A stretch of DNA of 39,817 nucleotides from Escherichia phage TM1. The position numbers and the translations under genes were made by a program. Under the pieces are notes generated by a model. That model did no database searches. It worked only from the letters and a program-made list of their open reading frames with translations, and was not told where the DNA came from. Below are positions 27,229 to 36,753 of the stretch, one piece after another. The stretch lies in the sequence record MT808983.1; one strand, 5' to 3'. How positions within the stretch are numbered: the first letter of the stretch is position 1; each line of letters opens with the position of its first letter.

Positions 27229-29511
27229 ATGGCTAGTAATATTCAATCAGCTCTGGCTAATCGGACTATGGGTCGTGGCAGAGCGCCGGGTAAAACTATC
27301 GCCGTCAACTACCAAGCAGCCAACGTTCAGGCTCCGACTGGGGACTCCGGGCTGGCTCGTGCATTGACTAACTTCGTTGAGTCTGGGACAGGATTGTACA
27401 AGCAGTTCAAGGACGAGGAGAAGACACGGGCCGACGAGCGGTCTAACGAGATTATCCGTAAGCTGACACCTCAGCAAAGACGTGAGGCTATCCAGAACGG
27501 CACATTGCTGTATCAGGATGACCCTTACGCTATGGAAGCACTTAGAGTCAAGACTGGTCGTAATGCTGCCTTTGCTGTAGACGACGAGATTAACGTTAAG
27601 ATTCAGAACGGTGAGTTCCGTACACGTCAAGACATGGAAGAGTATCGCCACCAGCGACTTCAGGATGCAGCCAAGTCCTATGCTGAAGAGGCGGGTATTA
27701 ACCCTACCGACGAGTTCTTCCAGCGTGGGTTCAACGATAACATCACGGACCGAAACATCGCTATCTACGGGTCCTTCAATAAGTATTTCAGCAAGCAGTC
27801 TGAAGAGACAGCAATGTTGAACACTCGTATTGAGCTGAACTCGTTCCTTAACGATGGGGACCTGATGCGTTCGCCTGAGTCTGGAAAGACCTTCATGGCC
27901 TACCTTCGGGATGGACTGACGACTGCTGCTATACCTTCGGACCAGAGAGCACGAGAGGTCATCACACAGACGGTCCGTGACGCAATCCAGAAGTCAGGAG
28001 GCTCAAACTTCCTACAGCAAGTGCGAGGAGAGCGAATCACCCTTAACGGTGTGGATGCTACAGTCGAAGAGATTGTAGGACCTGATGTCTTCAATGCTGC
28101 TATGGTTGAGGCCCAAGGTACTGAGTATAAACTGGTAGCTAAGTATCAGGAAGACTTGGCGTTAGGCGTTCAGTCTGCGATTCTTCAGGATGACCCAACC
28201 ATCGGTCTGGCCCAGATTCAAAAACTCAAGGAGCAGAACAACCTGCTTCAACCGGGTGAAGAACTCACACCCCAGCGTCAGATGCTTATTAATGCCGAAG
28301 CCAGCTTACTGGAAGCGGTCAAGCGTAAGTCTGCTGAACAGGCGAAGGAGAACACTAAGTTAATCCAGACCCAGAACAAGCAACTGGTCATTGACCAAGT
28401 GTATCAGCGACGTCTGGCTGGGGACAACGTGTCCACCAACTATGAGGACCTTCCGGTCTCTGACGCTACAGGTGAGTTCAAGCGTTCAGATATGAACAAC
28501 TACGCGTCTGCCAAGCTGCAGCAGATTGACCAGATGGACATCCCTGAGGCTGCTAAAGACGCTCAGAAGGTGGCATTGTTAAGAGCTGACACTAACAACG
28601 GTCCGTTCCGTAATGCCTTCCAGACTCTAACTCAGGACGCTGCTGGCGAGTGGCAAGCTGCGGTCATCCGTGGACAGTACGACCCAGACAAGATGCAACG
28701 CTTCGAGTCTCTTCGTCGTGCCTACACTCAGGACCCTTCAAGTTTTGCTGCTCTGTATCCTGACCAAGCTCAGTTGTTCTCTACGTTCGACCAGATGGAC
28801 AAGATGGGTCTGGACCCTCAGACGATGATTGAAGCTGATAAGCAAGCTGCAAGTCAAAGCCGTGAGATGCGCATGGAGTCAGACAAGGCGTGGCAGGAGT
28901 TGAAGAACGACTCTCGGAATAAGGACCTTTCGCGTCTTCCTACGTCTCTGGACGCAAGTGCTCGTAAGGTCTGGGACTCATGGTACTATCGTACAGGTAA
29001 CGCTGACGCTGCAACTCAGCAGACTCAACGCTGGCTGAATGAGAACACCGTAACGTTCCAGTCTGAAGGTTCTGATGGTAAGTCCATCGGCATGGTGTCC
29101 AAACACCAGCTTATGGTCGGGGATAACCCAGAGTCGTGGCAGGTTGGTCGAGACATTATCGACACCGCTCGTAAGCAGCTCATTAAGGCCAACCCTTGGG
29201 TAGTGAACTCTCAGTTGTCCGTTGTTGAACAGAACGGCTCTATCTTCCTCCAAGACGCTACAGGGACTATTCGTATTCGTTACGATAAAGAACTTGTAGG
29301 TAAACTCTACCGCGAACAGCAGCAGAAGGCACAAGATGCCGCATACGCTCAGGCAGAACGTGACGCTAACAAGCGAGCGCGTATCGTCGGGACTAAAGCT
29401 GCTGGTGACAAACGTCGAGCTGACCGAGAGGCCAACATCGAGAAGCGCGGAGGGATGTACAATGACGTCTCATTGGAGGGTATCGCAAACGTACTAATCG
29501 GTAAGGAGTAA
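27229..29511 (+). CDS. gp15: Internal virion (ejection) protein C (T7 gp15 homolog, 760 aa)
   Basis: Size and position as T7 gp15 (747 aa); SD AGAGGAGG. Confidence 0.85.
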   Translation: MASNIQSALANRTMGRGRAPGKTIAVNYQAANVQAPTGDSGLARALTNFVESGTGLYKQFKDEEKTRADERSNEIIRKLTPQQRREAIQNGTLLYQDDPYAMEALRVKTGRNAAFAVDDEINVKIQNGEFRTRQDMEEYRHQRLQDAAKSYAEEAGINPTDEFFQRGFNDNITDRNIAIYGSFNKYFSKQSEETAMLNTRIELNSFLNDGDLMRSPESGKTFMAYLRDGLTTAAIPSDQRAREVITQTVRDAIQKSGGSNFLQQVRGERITLNGVDATVEEIVGPDVFNAAMVEAQGTEYKLVAKYQEDLALGVQSAILQDDPTIGLAQIQKLKEQNNLLQPGEELTPQRQMLINAEASLLEAVKRKSAEQAKENTKLIQTQNKQLVIDQVYQRRLAGDNVSTNYEDLPVSDATGEFKRSDMNNYASAKLQQIDQMDIPEAAKDAQKVALLRADTNNGPFRNAFQTLTQDAAGEWQAAVIRGQYDPDKMQRFESLRRAYTQDPSSFAALYPDQAQLFSTFDQMDKMGLDPQTMIEADKQAASQSREMRMESDKAWQELKNDSRNKDLSRLPTSLDASARKVWDSWYYRTGNADAATQQTQRWLNENTVTFQSEGSDGKSIGMVSKHQLMVGDNPESWQVGRDIIDTARKQLIKANPWVVNSQLSVVEQNGSIFLQDATGTIRIRYDKELVGKLYREQQQKAQDAAYAQAERDANKRARIVGTKAAGDKRRADREANIEKRGGMYNDVSLEGIANVLIGKE

Positions 29512-29515
29512 CATA

Positions 29516-32500
29516 ATGGCGACTCGTGGTATTCGCAATAACAATCCGGGTAACATCCGGGTAAGTAAGGACCAATGGGAAGGAATGACTGGAGATGATG
29601 GCGCATTCGTCACCTTCGATAGTCCAGAGTCTGGCGTCCGAGCTTTAGGTAAAAACCTGCTGTCCTACGGTCGCCAAGGTTATGATTCCATCGAGAAGAT
29701 TATCAACAGATGGGCACCTCCTAACGAGAACGACACTCAGGCTTATATTAACTCAGTGGTGGCTGCGACTGGTATTCCAGCTACCCAGAGTCTCGACCTC
29801 TCGAACCCGGACACCCTGTCTTCTCTGGCACAAGCTATCAGCTTCCATGAGACAGGCTCCCGGTACGACCCTGAAGTCTATCAGAAGGGAGTCGCACGAG
29901 CACTCAACGGCATTAGCCCAAAGACTCCACCAGTAAGCGCTAACGTATTTGACTCACTCACGGAAGGACTCAAGGCTAAACCTAAAGTAGCTCTGGGCGA
30001 GAATCTTCCGACCGCTGCTGGTCTAAACATTGAGGGTCAAGCACCTGAAGCTCCCAACGAATCGTTCGGTGAGATGTTCTATAAGGCTACTGGCGAGACC
30101 ATGCAGGAACGAGAGGACCGCTCTACGTGGTTCGGTTTCGGTGCGGCTACAGAAGCTGAAGTGAAGAACTCTATGGTCGGCGTGGCTATCCGAGCTGGCC
30201 AGACTGAGGATTCACTGGATGTCATTGGCGATGTGTTCAACCCAACCAGATGGAACAACCATAAGTGGTCTCGTGAGGAGCTGGACCAGATTCGTAACGC
30301 TGGGGTTTTGCCTCAGTATTACGGAGTCATTACTGGTGGTTCTCCTCAGAATCTGACAGAGCTGATCAACTTGGCGCTGGAGAACCAGAAGTTAGACGCT
30401 GAGAAGGCCAAGGCTGGTACTGGCGCTCAGTTAGCCGCTGGTGTGATTGGAGCTGGAGTTGACCCTCTGACTTACGTTCCTATTGCTGGACAGGTAGGTA
30501 AAGGTGGTAAGCTGGTAAACAAGATGTTCACCGTGGCTGCGCAATCTGGAGCGTTGGCTGGTGTGTCTGAGATGTCCCGTACCTCAGTGGCTGGTGGCGA
30601 TGCTCATGTGGCTGAAGCTATCCTTGGTGGTGCTCTCTTCGGTGGTGGTATGACTGCTATTGCTGATGGACTAGGCAGAGCCTTAGGCCGAAACACTAAT
30701 GAGTTTGCTGGTCCAGCCACACGTCTGGAAGCCCGTGAGACTGCACGTAATGTTGATGGTCAGGACCTGTCTCGTCTACCTATTCAGGAAGGTGAGCAGA
30801 CCTTTAGTCACCAAGGCGTTAAGTTCGCTGACGTTCCGAACGAGCCTGGTAGTGTACGACTTGAAGATGGTTCAATCCTGATTGGTGAGAACCCTCTGAA
30901 CCCTAAGACACGTAAAGTCTTTGACGAAGTGATTGAGCCTGAACGTGCCGCTGCTGGTGTGAACCTTGGTGGGCTGACTGAGATTGGCCTGAAGCTGCTT
31001 CGGTCCGAGAACCCTGAGATTCGTGGAGTCGCTGCTGACTTAGTGCGTTCACCAACTGGTATGCAGTCAGGGGCCACAGGTAAAATAGGGACCACTGCGT
31101 CAGACGTATTCGAGAGACTTCGTGCTGTGGACCATCGGTTCTACAACGACATCGACGATGCAGTTAGAGAGGCACTCAAGGACCCATACTTCCAAACAGC
31201 ATTCTGGCGAGACTCTGGCGCATTCCGTCAGGACATCTATCAGCGTGTGTCTATGGCTATCGAAGACGGTAGTGGGAACCTGAAGGCTGAACTGACTCCG
31301 GGAGAACTGAAAGTCTATGACCTGCTGAAGAACCAGTTTGACGCCAAGCGTGAGATGATGGAGAACCCATCTATGTTCGGGCGTCCAGACGCTCAGTCTA
31401 TCTTTCCGGGTAGCCGCTTCAAGGGAACCTACGTCCCGCATGTGTATAGTAACCAGATGAAGGAGCTGTACATCAAGGAGCTTGGGAGTCCAGAGGCGTT
31501 GCAGGAGGCAATCAAGAAGTCATGGCTTACCAGCTATGCGTCTCGACCTGAAGTAAAGAAACGTGTGGACGAGGCACTATTAGAGGCGGACCCTACGTTG
31601 ACTCCAGAGGGACTTGCGGCTGCGGTCGATAAGTACGCCAACGATAAGGCTTACGGTATCTCCCATACAGAGCAGTTCGAGCGTTCATCCGTAATGGAAG
31701 AGAACATCAACGGTCTGGTAGGTCTGGAGAACAACAGCTTCCTTGAGGCGCGCAACCTGTTCGATAGCGATATGTCAATCGTCCTGCCTAACGGTCAGAC
31801 CTTCAGTGTCAATAACCTACGTGAGTGGGATATGGACAAGATTGTCCCGGCCTACAACCGTCGAGTTAATGGTGATATTGCTATCATGGCTGGTACAGGA
31901 AAAACCACGAAGGACATGAAGGACTTGGTTGAGACCATGATGAACAAGGCTGGGGATGACGGTAAGTTGAAAGGTGAGGTATCTACCTTACGTGACACCT
32001 TGAAGATTCTCACTGGTCGTGCTCGACGTGATGGTGCTGATGATGCAGCACTCAATACCGTGCTACGCACAATGACAGACCTATCGTTCTTCGCTAAGAA
32101 TGCCTACATGGGTGTTCAGAACTTAACGGAGATTGGTGGTATGCTGGCCCGTGGTAACGTCCGTGCAATGCTGCATGGGGTCCCGATTTTCCGTGACCTA
32201 GCCTTCCGTAACAAGAAGGTAGGGGCCTCAGAGATTAAGGACCTGCACAATGTTATATTCGGTAAGGAACTGGATGACTCAATCCGTCCGTCTAAACAGG
32301 ATGTCATTGACCGTCTGCGGTCTTACAGTGACCTCGGTCGTGGTACGGCTACAGCTCTGGGGACTGCCAAGTATTACACTGGTGAACTTGCAGTACGCTC
32401 TCCGCTCACTAAAGTCCTCAACGGTACGACCAACTACCTGTTAGATGCTGGACGTCAAGGATTCCTGTCTGACATCGTGGAACATAGTCTGACTGGTAGT

Positions 32501-33403
32501 AAGCGTCGGTTCGATGACCGCTGGCTTAAGACCGCTGGTATCTCCGAAGAGCAGTGGAAGGGCATTAAGTCATTAATCCGTGAGTCAGTGACTCGTGGTC
32601 CAGACGGGAAGTATACCATCAAGGATAAGAAGGCGTTCAGTCAGGACCCAAGGGCTATGGACCTGTGGCGTATGGGTGACACCATCGCTGACGAAACGTT
32701 ACTCCGTCCTCATAAGCTGTCCAACATGGACGCCAAGGCTTATAGTCCCCTCGCTAAGACTGTCCTTCAGTTTAAGAACTTCGTCATCAAGTCCATCAAC
32801 GGGCGAACCATGCGAACCTTCTACAACGCCACGAAGAACAACCGAGCGATGGACGCTGCACTGTCTACTGTGATGTCTATGGGTCTGGCTGGTATCTACT
32901 ACATGGCTCAGGCGCACGTCAAGGCTTACGCTATGCAGGACGGTCGAGACAGAGATTACCTCAAGCAAGCTCTGGACCCGACGATGATTGGCTATGCGGC
33001 TCTGTCCCGTAGCTCACATCTGGGTGGCCCACTTGGGGTCGCTAACATTCTGGGCGGCATCGCTGGGTATGAGGACACTAAGATGCTCCGCTCGTCTATC
33101 CTCCCTCGTTCACCTACAGAGAAGCCTGAACGTGCCATCTCGTATGGTGCGGCTACAAGTGACCCTGTGATGAATGTCGTCGGTAACTTCTTGGAGCAGG
33201 TTCCAGCTTTCGGCTATGCTGCTAACGTTGGTGCTTCGGCTTACAACTTGGCTGGCTACCTCAAGGCTGATACTCGTGTCAACGAGCGAGACTACATGAC
33301 CGGGATGTATAACACGTTCCGTGAACTGGTCCCGAACGACCCGATTACCCAGAAGTTGCTGCTTGGAACGTTTGAGGAGCATGGTATCCACATCAAGGAC
33401 TAA
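29516..33403 (+). CDS. gp16: Internal virion (ejection) protein D (T7 gp16 homolog, 1295 aa)
   Basis: Middle and C-terminal regions collinear with T7 gp16 (FGFGAATEAEVKNSMVGVAIRAG, KGTYVPHVY, AYGISHTEQF, NNSFLEARNLFDSD, TNYLLDAGRQG, AMDLWRMGD...LRPHK); the N-terminal about 120 aa diverge. Confidence 0.92.
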   Translation: MATRGIRNNNPGNIRVSKDQWEGMTGDDGAFVTFDSPESGVRALGKNLLSYGRQGYDSIEKIINRWAPPNENDTQAYINSVVAATGIPATQSLDLSNPDTLSSLAQAISFHETGSRYDPEVYQKGVARALNGISPKTPPVSANVFDSLTEGLKAKPKVALGENLPTAAGLNIEGQAPEAPNESFGEMFYKATGETMQEREDRSTWFGFGAATEAEVKNSMVGVAIRAGQTEDSLDVIGDVFNPTRWNNHKWSREELDQIRNAGVLPQYYGVITGGSPQNLTELINLALENQKLDAEKAKAGTGAQLAAGVIGAGVDPLTYVPIAGQVGKGGKLVNKMFTVAAQSGALAGVSEMSRTSVAGGDAHVAEAILGGALFGGGMTAIADGLGRALGRNTNEFAGPATRLEARETARNVDGQDLSRLPIQEGEQTFSHQGVKFADVPNEPGSVRLEDGSILIGENPLNPKTRKVFDEVIEPERAAAGVNLGGLTEIGLKLLRSENPEIRGVAADLVRSPTGMQSGATGKIGTTASDVFERLRAVDHRFYNDIDDAVREALKDPYFQTAFWRDSGAFRQDIYQRVSMAIEDGSGNLKAELTPGELKVYDLLKNQFDAKREMMENPSMFGRPDAQSIFPGSRFKGTYVPHVYSNQMKELYIKELGSPEALQEAIKKSWLTSYASRPEVKKRVDEALLEADPTLTPEGLAAAVDKYANDKAYGISHTEQFERSSVMEENINGLVGLENNSFLEARNLFDSDMSIVLPNGQTFSVNNLREWDMDKIVPAYNRRVNGDIAIMAGTGKTTKDMKDLVETMMNKAGDDGKLKGEVSTLRDTLKILTGRARRDGADDAALNTVLRTMTDLSFFAKNAYMGVQNLTEIGGMLARGNVRAMLHGVPIFRDLAFRNKKVGASEIKDLHNVIFGKELDDSIRPSKQDVIDRLRSYSDLGRGTATALGTAKYYTGELAVRSPLTKVLNGTTNYLLDAGRQGFLSDIVEHSLTGSKRRFDDRWLKTAGISEEQWKGIKSLIRESVTRGPDGKYTIKDKKAFSQDPRAMDLWRMGDTIADETLLRPHKLSNMDAKAYSPLAKTVLQFKNFVIKSINGRTMRTFYNATKNNRAMDAALSTVMSMGLAGIYYMAQAHVKAYAMQDGRDRDYLKQALDPTMIGYAALSRSSHLGGPLGVANILGGIAGYEDTKMLRSSILPRSPTEKPERAISYGAATSDPVMNVVGNFLEQVPAFGYAANVGASAYNLAGYLKADTRVNERDYMTGMYNTFRELVPNDPITQKLLLGTFEEHGIHIKD

Positions 33404-33422
33404 ACTATCACTATAGGAAACT
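33399..33422 (+). promoter_or_regulatory. Phage-RNAP promoter (taaACTATCACTATAGGaaa), phi17 position
   Basis: Family consensus; the gp16 stop codon TAA lies at -17 to -15. Confidence 0.8.
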
Positions 33423-33468
33423 GGAGGCGCTACCATAGGTCTCCCTTTAATTCATAACAGGAGGCATA

Positions 33469-35772
33469 ATGTCCACGATTACACAATTCCCTTCAGGAAA
33501 CACTCAGTACAGGATTGAGTTCGACTACCTAGCCAGAACGTTTGTTGTTGTTACGCTGGTGAATAGCTCTAACCCTACCCTGAACCGTGTACTGGAAGTT
33601 GGTCGAGATTACCGATTCCTTAATCCAACGATGATTGAGATGTTGGTTGACCAATCAGGTTTCGACATCGTTCGTATTCACCGTCAGACTGGAACTGACT
33701 TAGTGGTAGACTTCAGGAATGGCTCAGTGTTGACAGCTAGTGACCTGACCAATGCAGAGCTTCAGGCTATCCATATTGCAGAAGAAGGTCGAGACCAAAC
33801 TGTTGACTTAGCGAAGGAATATGCCGATGCTGCTGGTAGCTCTGCTGGCAACGCTAAGGATAGCGAGGACGAAGCACGACGACTCGCTGCGAGTATCAAG
33901 GCAGCTGGTCTAATTGGCTATATTACCCGTCGCTCCTTCGAGAAAGGCTTCAACGTTACAACATGGAACGAGGTCCTGCTATGGGAAGAGGATGGTGGTT
34001 ATTACCGCTGGGATGGTACGCTACCTAAAGAAGTTCCTGCTGGTTCAACCCCTTCGACAACTGGTGGCGTTGGTCTGGGTGCATGGGTGAGTGTTGGTGA
34101 CGCCTCTTTGCGTTCAAATCTTATTAGTGACAATTCAACTAATGGAGATGCACTGATAACCGTCAAGCAGCCATTTGCTAATTCCACGCCAAGAACGCAG
34201 CATGATAAAAACTCGGACATCATAAATATCCGTGATTTTGGTGCTGTTGGTGACTGGGACCCAGTCACAGACACCGGAACTGACAGCACACAAGCACTTA
34301 TTAACGCGGTTAATGCCGCCGTTTCGTTAGGAGGGGCTGAAATTGTTGTCCCTGAGGGGGTGTTCTGTACTACAAAGCCGTGGTATATACCAAGCGGCAT
34401 CGTTGTCAGAGGTAGTGGGTATAATTCTGTTATTTACAATCATCAGGTTTCTGGTTCAGTTTTCCCGCAAACTAACTGCATTCACGTTGGATATAGCACC
34501 GAGTGGGGAAACAGCGGTGAGCCAATGCCGACGGCCCCTGATGCAAAAATGGCTGAAATTCTGGCAAATAATTTCAGTAACATTACAACAAGGAATTCTC
34601 GTGTAACTAATATCCGCGTAATGAATAAGGGGTTTGGTCTTGGTATTTGGTTCATGAATGCTATGGATTGCTCTTGCGACAATATATGGGCTACTAATAC
34701 TACCACACCAATTAACATAGCCAATGATAACCCCTCGGCAGAAATGGCGTGCAAAAATATATCCGTTGATAATATATTTCAAGATGACGGTACGTTAGGC
34801 GAATGGTACGACCTGGCTTTCTTAGGTTCAGCGCTGGACTGTTCTTTATCTCGTCTATACAATAACCCGAACACAAAAAGTAAATTGGCAGAAATGATTG
34901 CTGTCAACGGTGCTCGTCGTTGCAAACTGTCAAAACTATCCCTTTGCGGTAATGAGGACGGTGTGGACCTGCAAATCGCCACCGGGGTGCTTATTTCTGG
35001 TTCATCTACAGGGAACTCTGTAACTAACTCAACATTCTCTAAGATGTCCAATGGGGTGAGTATCACCGGCACTGGCGGCAACACAGTAAAAGATTGTCGA
35101 GGCGAAAACATTTACACGACAGTATATCTTAACTCACCGAAGAACAAGATTTCCGGATTATCTGGTATTGATGTTGTTAACGACATTAGAGGTAATGTAG
35201 ACGCAATCAAAAATGACATAAATAATTGTAATATAAATTCCGTTAATATTTTCGATGTAAACCCTCCAGCTATGTATAATAGATTCAGAGATAACTCAAA
35301 AGATGATTCTATTCTTTTTAATAACTACAATAGCTATGCTGGGCTTCGTGCGAGAAAGATAGCAATGTTCCCCGCCGACGCTGCCATGCTCGCGTCGGAT
35401 AGAGAAGCAACGACAAATAACCTTGCGCGCATAACCAGAAATTCTAACGGAATATTTTCGTTATATTACAAAATACCTAATAACGTTAAGCAATTAACTA
35501 ATGTTACAGTTTACGGATACGGCGCACAATCCGGTGAAGCTGTAGACATAAGCATTGTTGGCATTGACTCCGATAACAACATAAATGGATTCCCAACATT
35601 TCAGTCACTAGGCACAAAAACTACAACTTCCACCGCCGATTTTGCTTTTGTATTCGGACCAACTAACCCTTTTTATGCTGCGGGTAGTTATTATGTGAAA
35701 GTAACGGTGACAATAGGTAATACTGCGACACAAATAAGGAGTGTTATGCTTGAATGTCTGTGTGATGACTAA
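33469..35772 (+). CDS. gp17: Tail fibre / tailspike (gp17 homolog, 767 aa) with T7-like N-terminal adaptor and a predicted beta-helix depolymerase-like C-terminal domain
   Basis: N-terminus (FDYLARTFVVVTL...DLVVDFRNGSVLTASDL...IHIAEEGRD) parallels the T7 gp17 tail-attachment domain; from about residue 240, INIRDFGAVGDWD...TDDT...ALINAVNAA is a pectate-lyase-3/beta-helix-type start followed by N/S/T-rich repeats; the DNA turns AT-rich from about 34100. Confidence 0.9.
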   Translation: MSTITQFPSGNTQYRIEFDYLARTFVVVTLVNSSNPTLNRVLEVGRDYRFLNPTMIEMLVDQSGFDIVRIHRQTGTDLVVDFRNGSVLTASDLTNAELQAIHIAEEGRDQTVDLAKEYADAAGSSAGNAKDSEDEARRLAASIKAAGLIGYITRRSFEKGFNVTTWNEVLLWEEDGGYYRWDGTLPKEVPAGSTPSTTGGVGLGAWVSVGDASLRSNLISDNSTNGDALITVKQPFANSTPRTQHDKNSDIINIRDFGAVGDWDPVTDTGTDSTQALINAVNAAVSLGGAEIVVPEGVFCTTKPWYIPSGIVVRGSGYNSVIYNHQVSGSVFPQTNCIHVGYSTEWGNSGEPMPTAPDAKMAEILANNFSNITTRNSRVTNIRVMNKGFGLGIWFMNAMDCSCDNIWATNTTTPINIANDNPSAEMACKNISVDNIFQDDGTLGEWYDLAFLGSALDCSLSRLYNNPNTKSKLAEMIAVNGARRCKLSKLSLCGNEDGVDLQIATGVLISGSSTGNSVTNSTFSKMSNGVSITGTGGNTVKDCRGENIYTTVYLNSPKNKISGLSGIDVVNDIRGNVDAIKNDINNCNINSVNIFDVNPPAMYNRFRDNSKDDSILFNNYNSYAGLRARKIAMFPADAAMLASDREATTNNLARITRNSNGIFSLYYKIPNNVKQLTNVTVYGYGAQSGEAVDISIVGIDSDNNINGFPTFQSLGTKTTTSTADFAFVFGPTNPFYAAGSYYVKVTVTIGNTATQIRSVMLECLCDD

Positions 35773-35834
35773 AGCAGACTAACGTATGGTAACAACTTTG
35801 GGTCACGGACGACCCGCTTTAAACTGGAGGTTTT

Positions 35835-36029
35835 ATGATTGAGTTAGACTTCAAGAATGAGGTCCTTAAAGCCTCTCCTATCGTCGGGACCGCTGCGGCT
35901 GATGGTGCCAGTCGGTTCTTCTTCGGACTCACACTGAACGAATGGTTCTACGTTGCAGCTATCGCGTACACCGTTGTCCAGATTGGTGTGCTGGTCTACA
36001 AAACGATTAAAGGAGGCGGTAAAACATGA
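35835..36029 (+). CDS. gp17.5: Class II holin (T7 gp17.5 homolog, 64 aa)
   Basis: FFGLTLNEWFYVAAIAYTVVQIG matches T7 holin (FFGLSLNEWFYVAAIAYTVVQIG). Confidence 0.9.
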   Translation: MIELDFKNEVLKASPIVGTAAADGASRFFFGLTLNEWFYVAAIAYTVVQIGVLVYKTIKGGGKT

Positions 36030-36289
36030 CGCAGATGGACTTAGAGAAGTTCCTCTTGATGCTGGATACTGAACGTGCTCGACTCATGCTGCAAGACCTG
36101 CGGGATGACTCTAAGCGTTCACCTCAGCTCTACAACGCCATTGAGAAGCTACTGGCTCGTCACAACTTTGTGTTAAGCAAGGTGTCTGTGGACGAGAAGA
36201 CGCTCGCTGATATGGAGGCCCTGAACGCAGAGTACGATAAGGTGCTTTCAGAGACTGAGGATAATGACACCGGTTATGGTATTCAATAA
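36026..36289 (+). CDS. gp18: Terminase small subunit (T7 gp18 homolog, 87 aa)
   Basis: LMLDTERA...SKRSPQLYNAIEKLLARHNF parallels T7 gp18 (EMLDTAMA...RRSPQLYNAINKLLDRHKF). Confidence 0.85.
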   Translation: MTQMDLEKFLLMLDTERARLMLQDLRDDSKRSPQLYNAIEKLLARHNFVLSKVSVDEKTLADMEALNAEYDKVLSETEDNDTGYGIQ

Positions 36290-36290
36290 G

Positions 36291-36345
36291 TGTTAGACTC
36301 AAGGTCATTACTATATGTAGTGGCCTTTATGGTTAACACTAAGGA
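36291..36345 (+). ncRNA. Conserved leader hairpin, candidate RNase III site (R18.5 position)
   Basis: tgttagactcaaggtcattactatatgtagtggcctttatggttaacac; third copy of the conserved element. Confidence 0.5.
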
Positions 36346-36351
36346 GGTTAC

Positions 36352-36753
36352 ATGAAAGATTCATACATAAGTGGCGGTTACTGGAAGGTTACTCGTAATG
36401 GTAAGGTTCATGGAGTTCATAGATTACTATGGGAGGAAGCCTACGGTCCTATCCCAGATGGTTACGTCATAGACCACATTGATAGGAATCCTATGAATAA
36501 CGAACTGTCAAACCTTAGGTGCATACCTAAAGGCGCAAACAAGGCTAACACGGTATCCTCTAGGGAACTGCCTAAAGGCGTATACTCTAGGTTTGCTAAA
36601 CGTCAAGGTGTAACTGTGTACTATGGTGACATTAGGATGGGAGGTAAGAAAGAAACTCATGCGCCTACTGAGAATCTGAAGGAAGTCGTGGAATGGGCTA
36701 AGTCAACTCATAGCAGAATGCTAAAGGAGACATATGGTATTTCAAATGTTTAA
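36352..36753 (+). CDS. HNH homing endonuclease (133 aa) inserted between gene 18 and the spanin genes
   Basis: VHRLLWEEAYGPIPDGYVIDHIDRNPMNNELSNLRCIPKGAN (H-N-H/N motif); SD AAGGAGG; locally AT-rich. Confidence 0.85.
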   Translation: MKDSYISGGYWKVTRNGKVHGVHRLLWEEAYGPIPDGYVIDHIDRNPMNNELSNLRCIPKGANKANTVSSRELPKGVYSRFAKRQGVTVYYGDIRMGGKKETHAPTENLKEVVEWAKSTHSRMLKETYGISNV

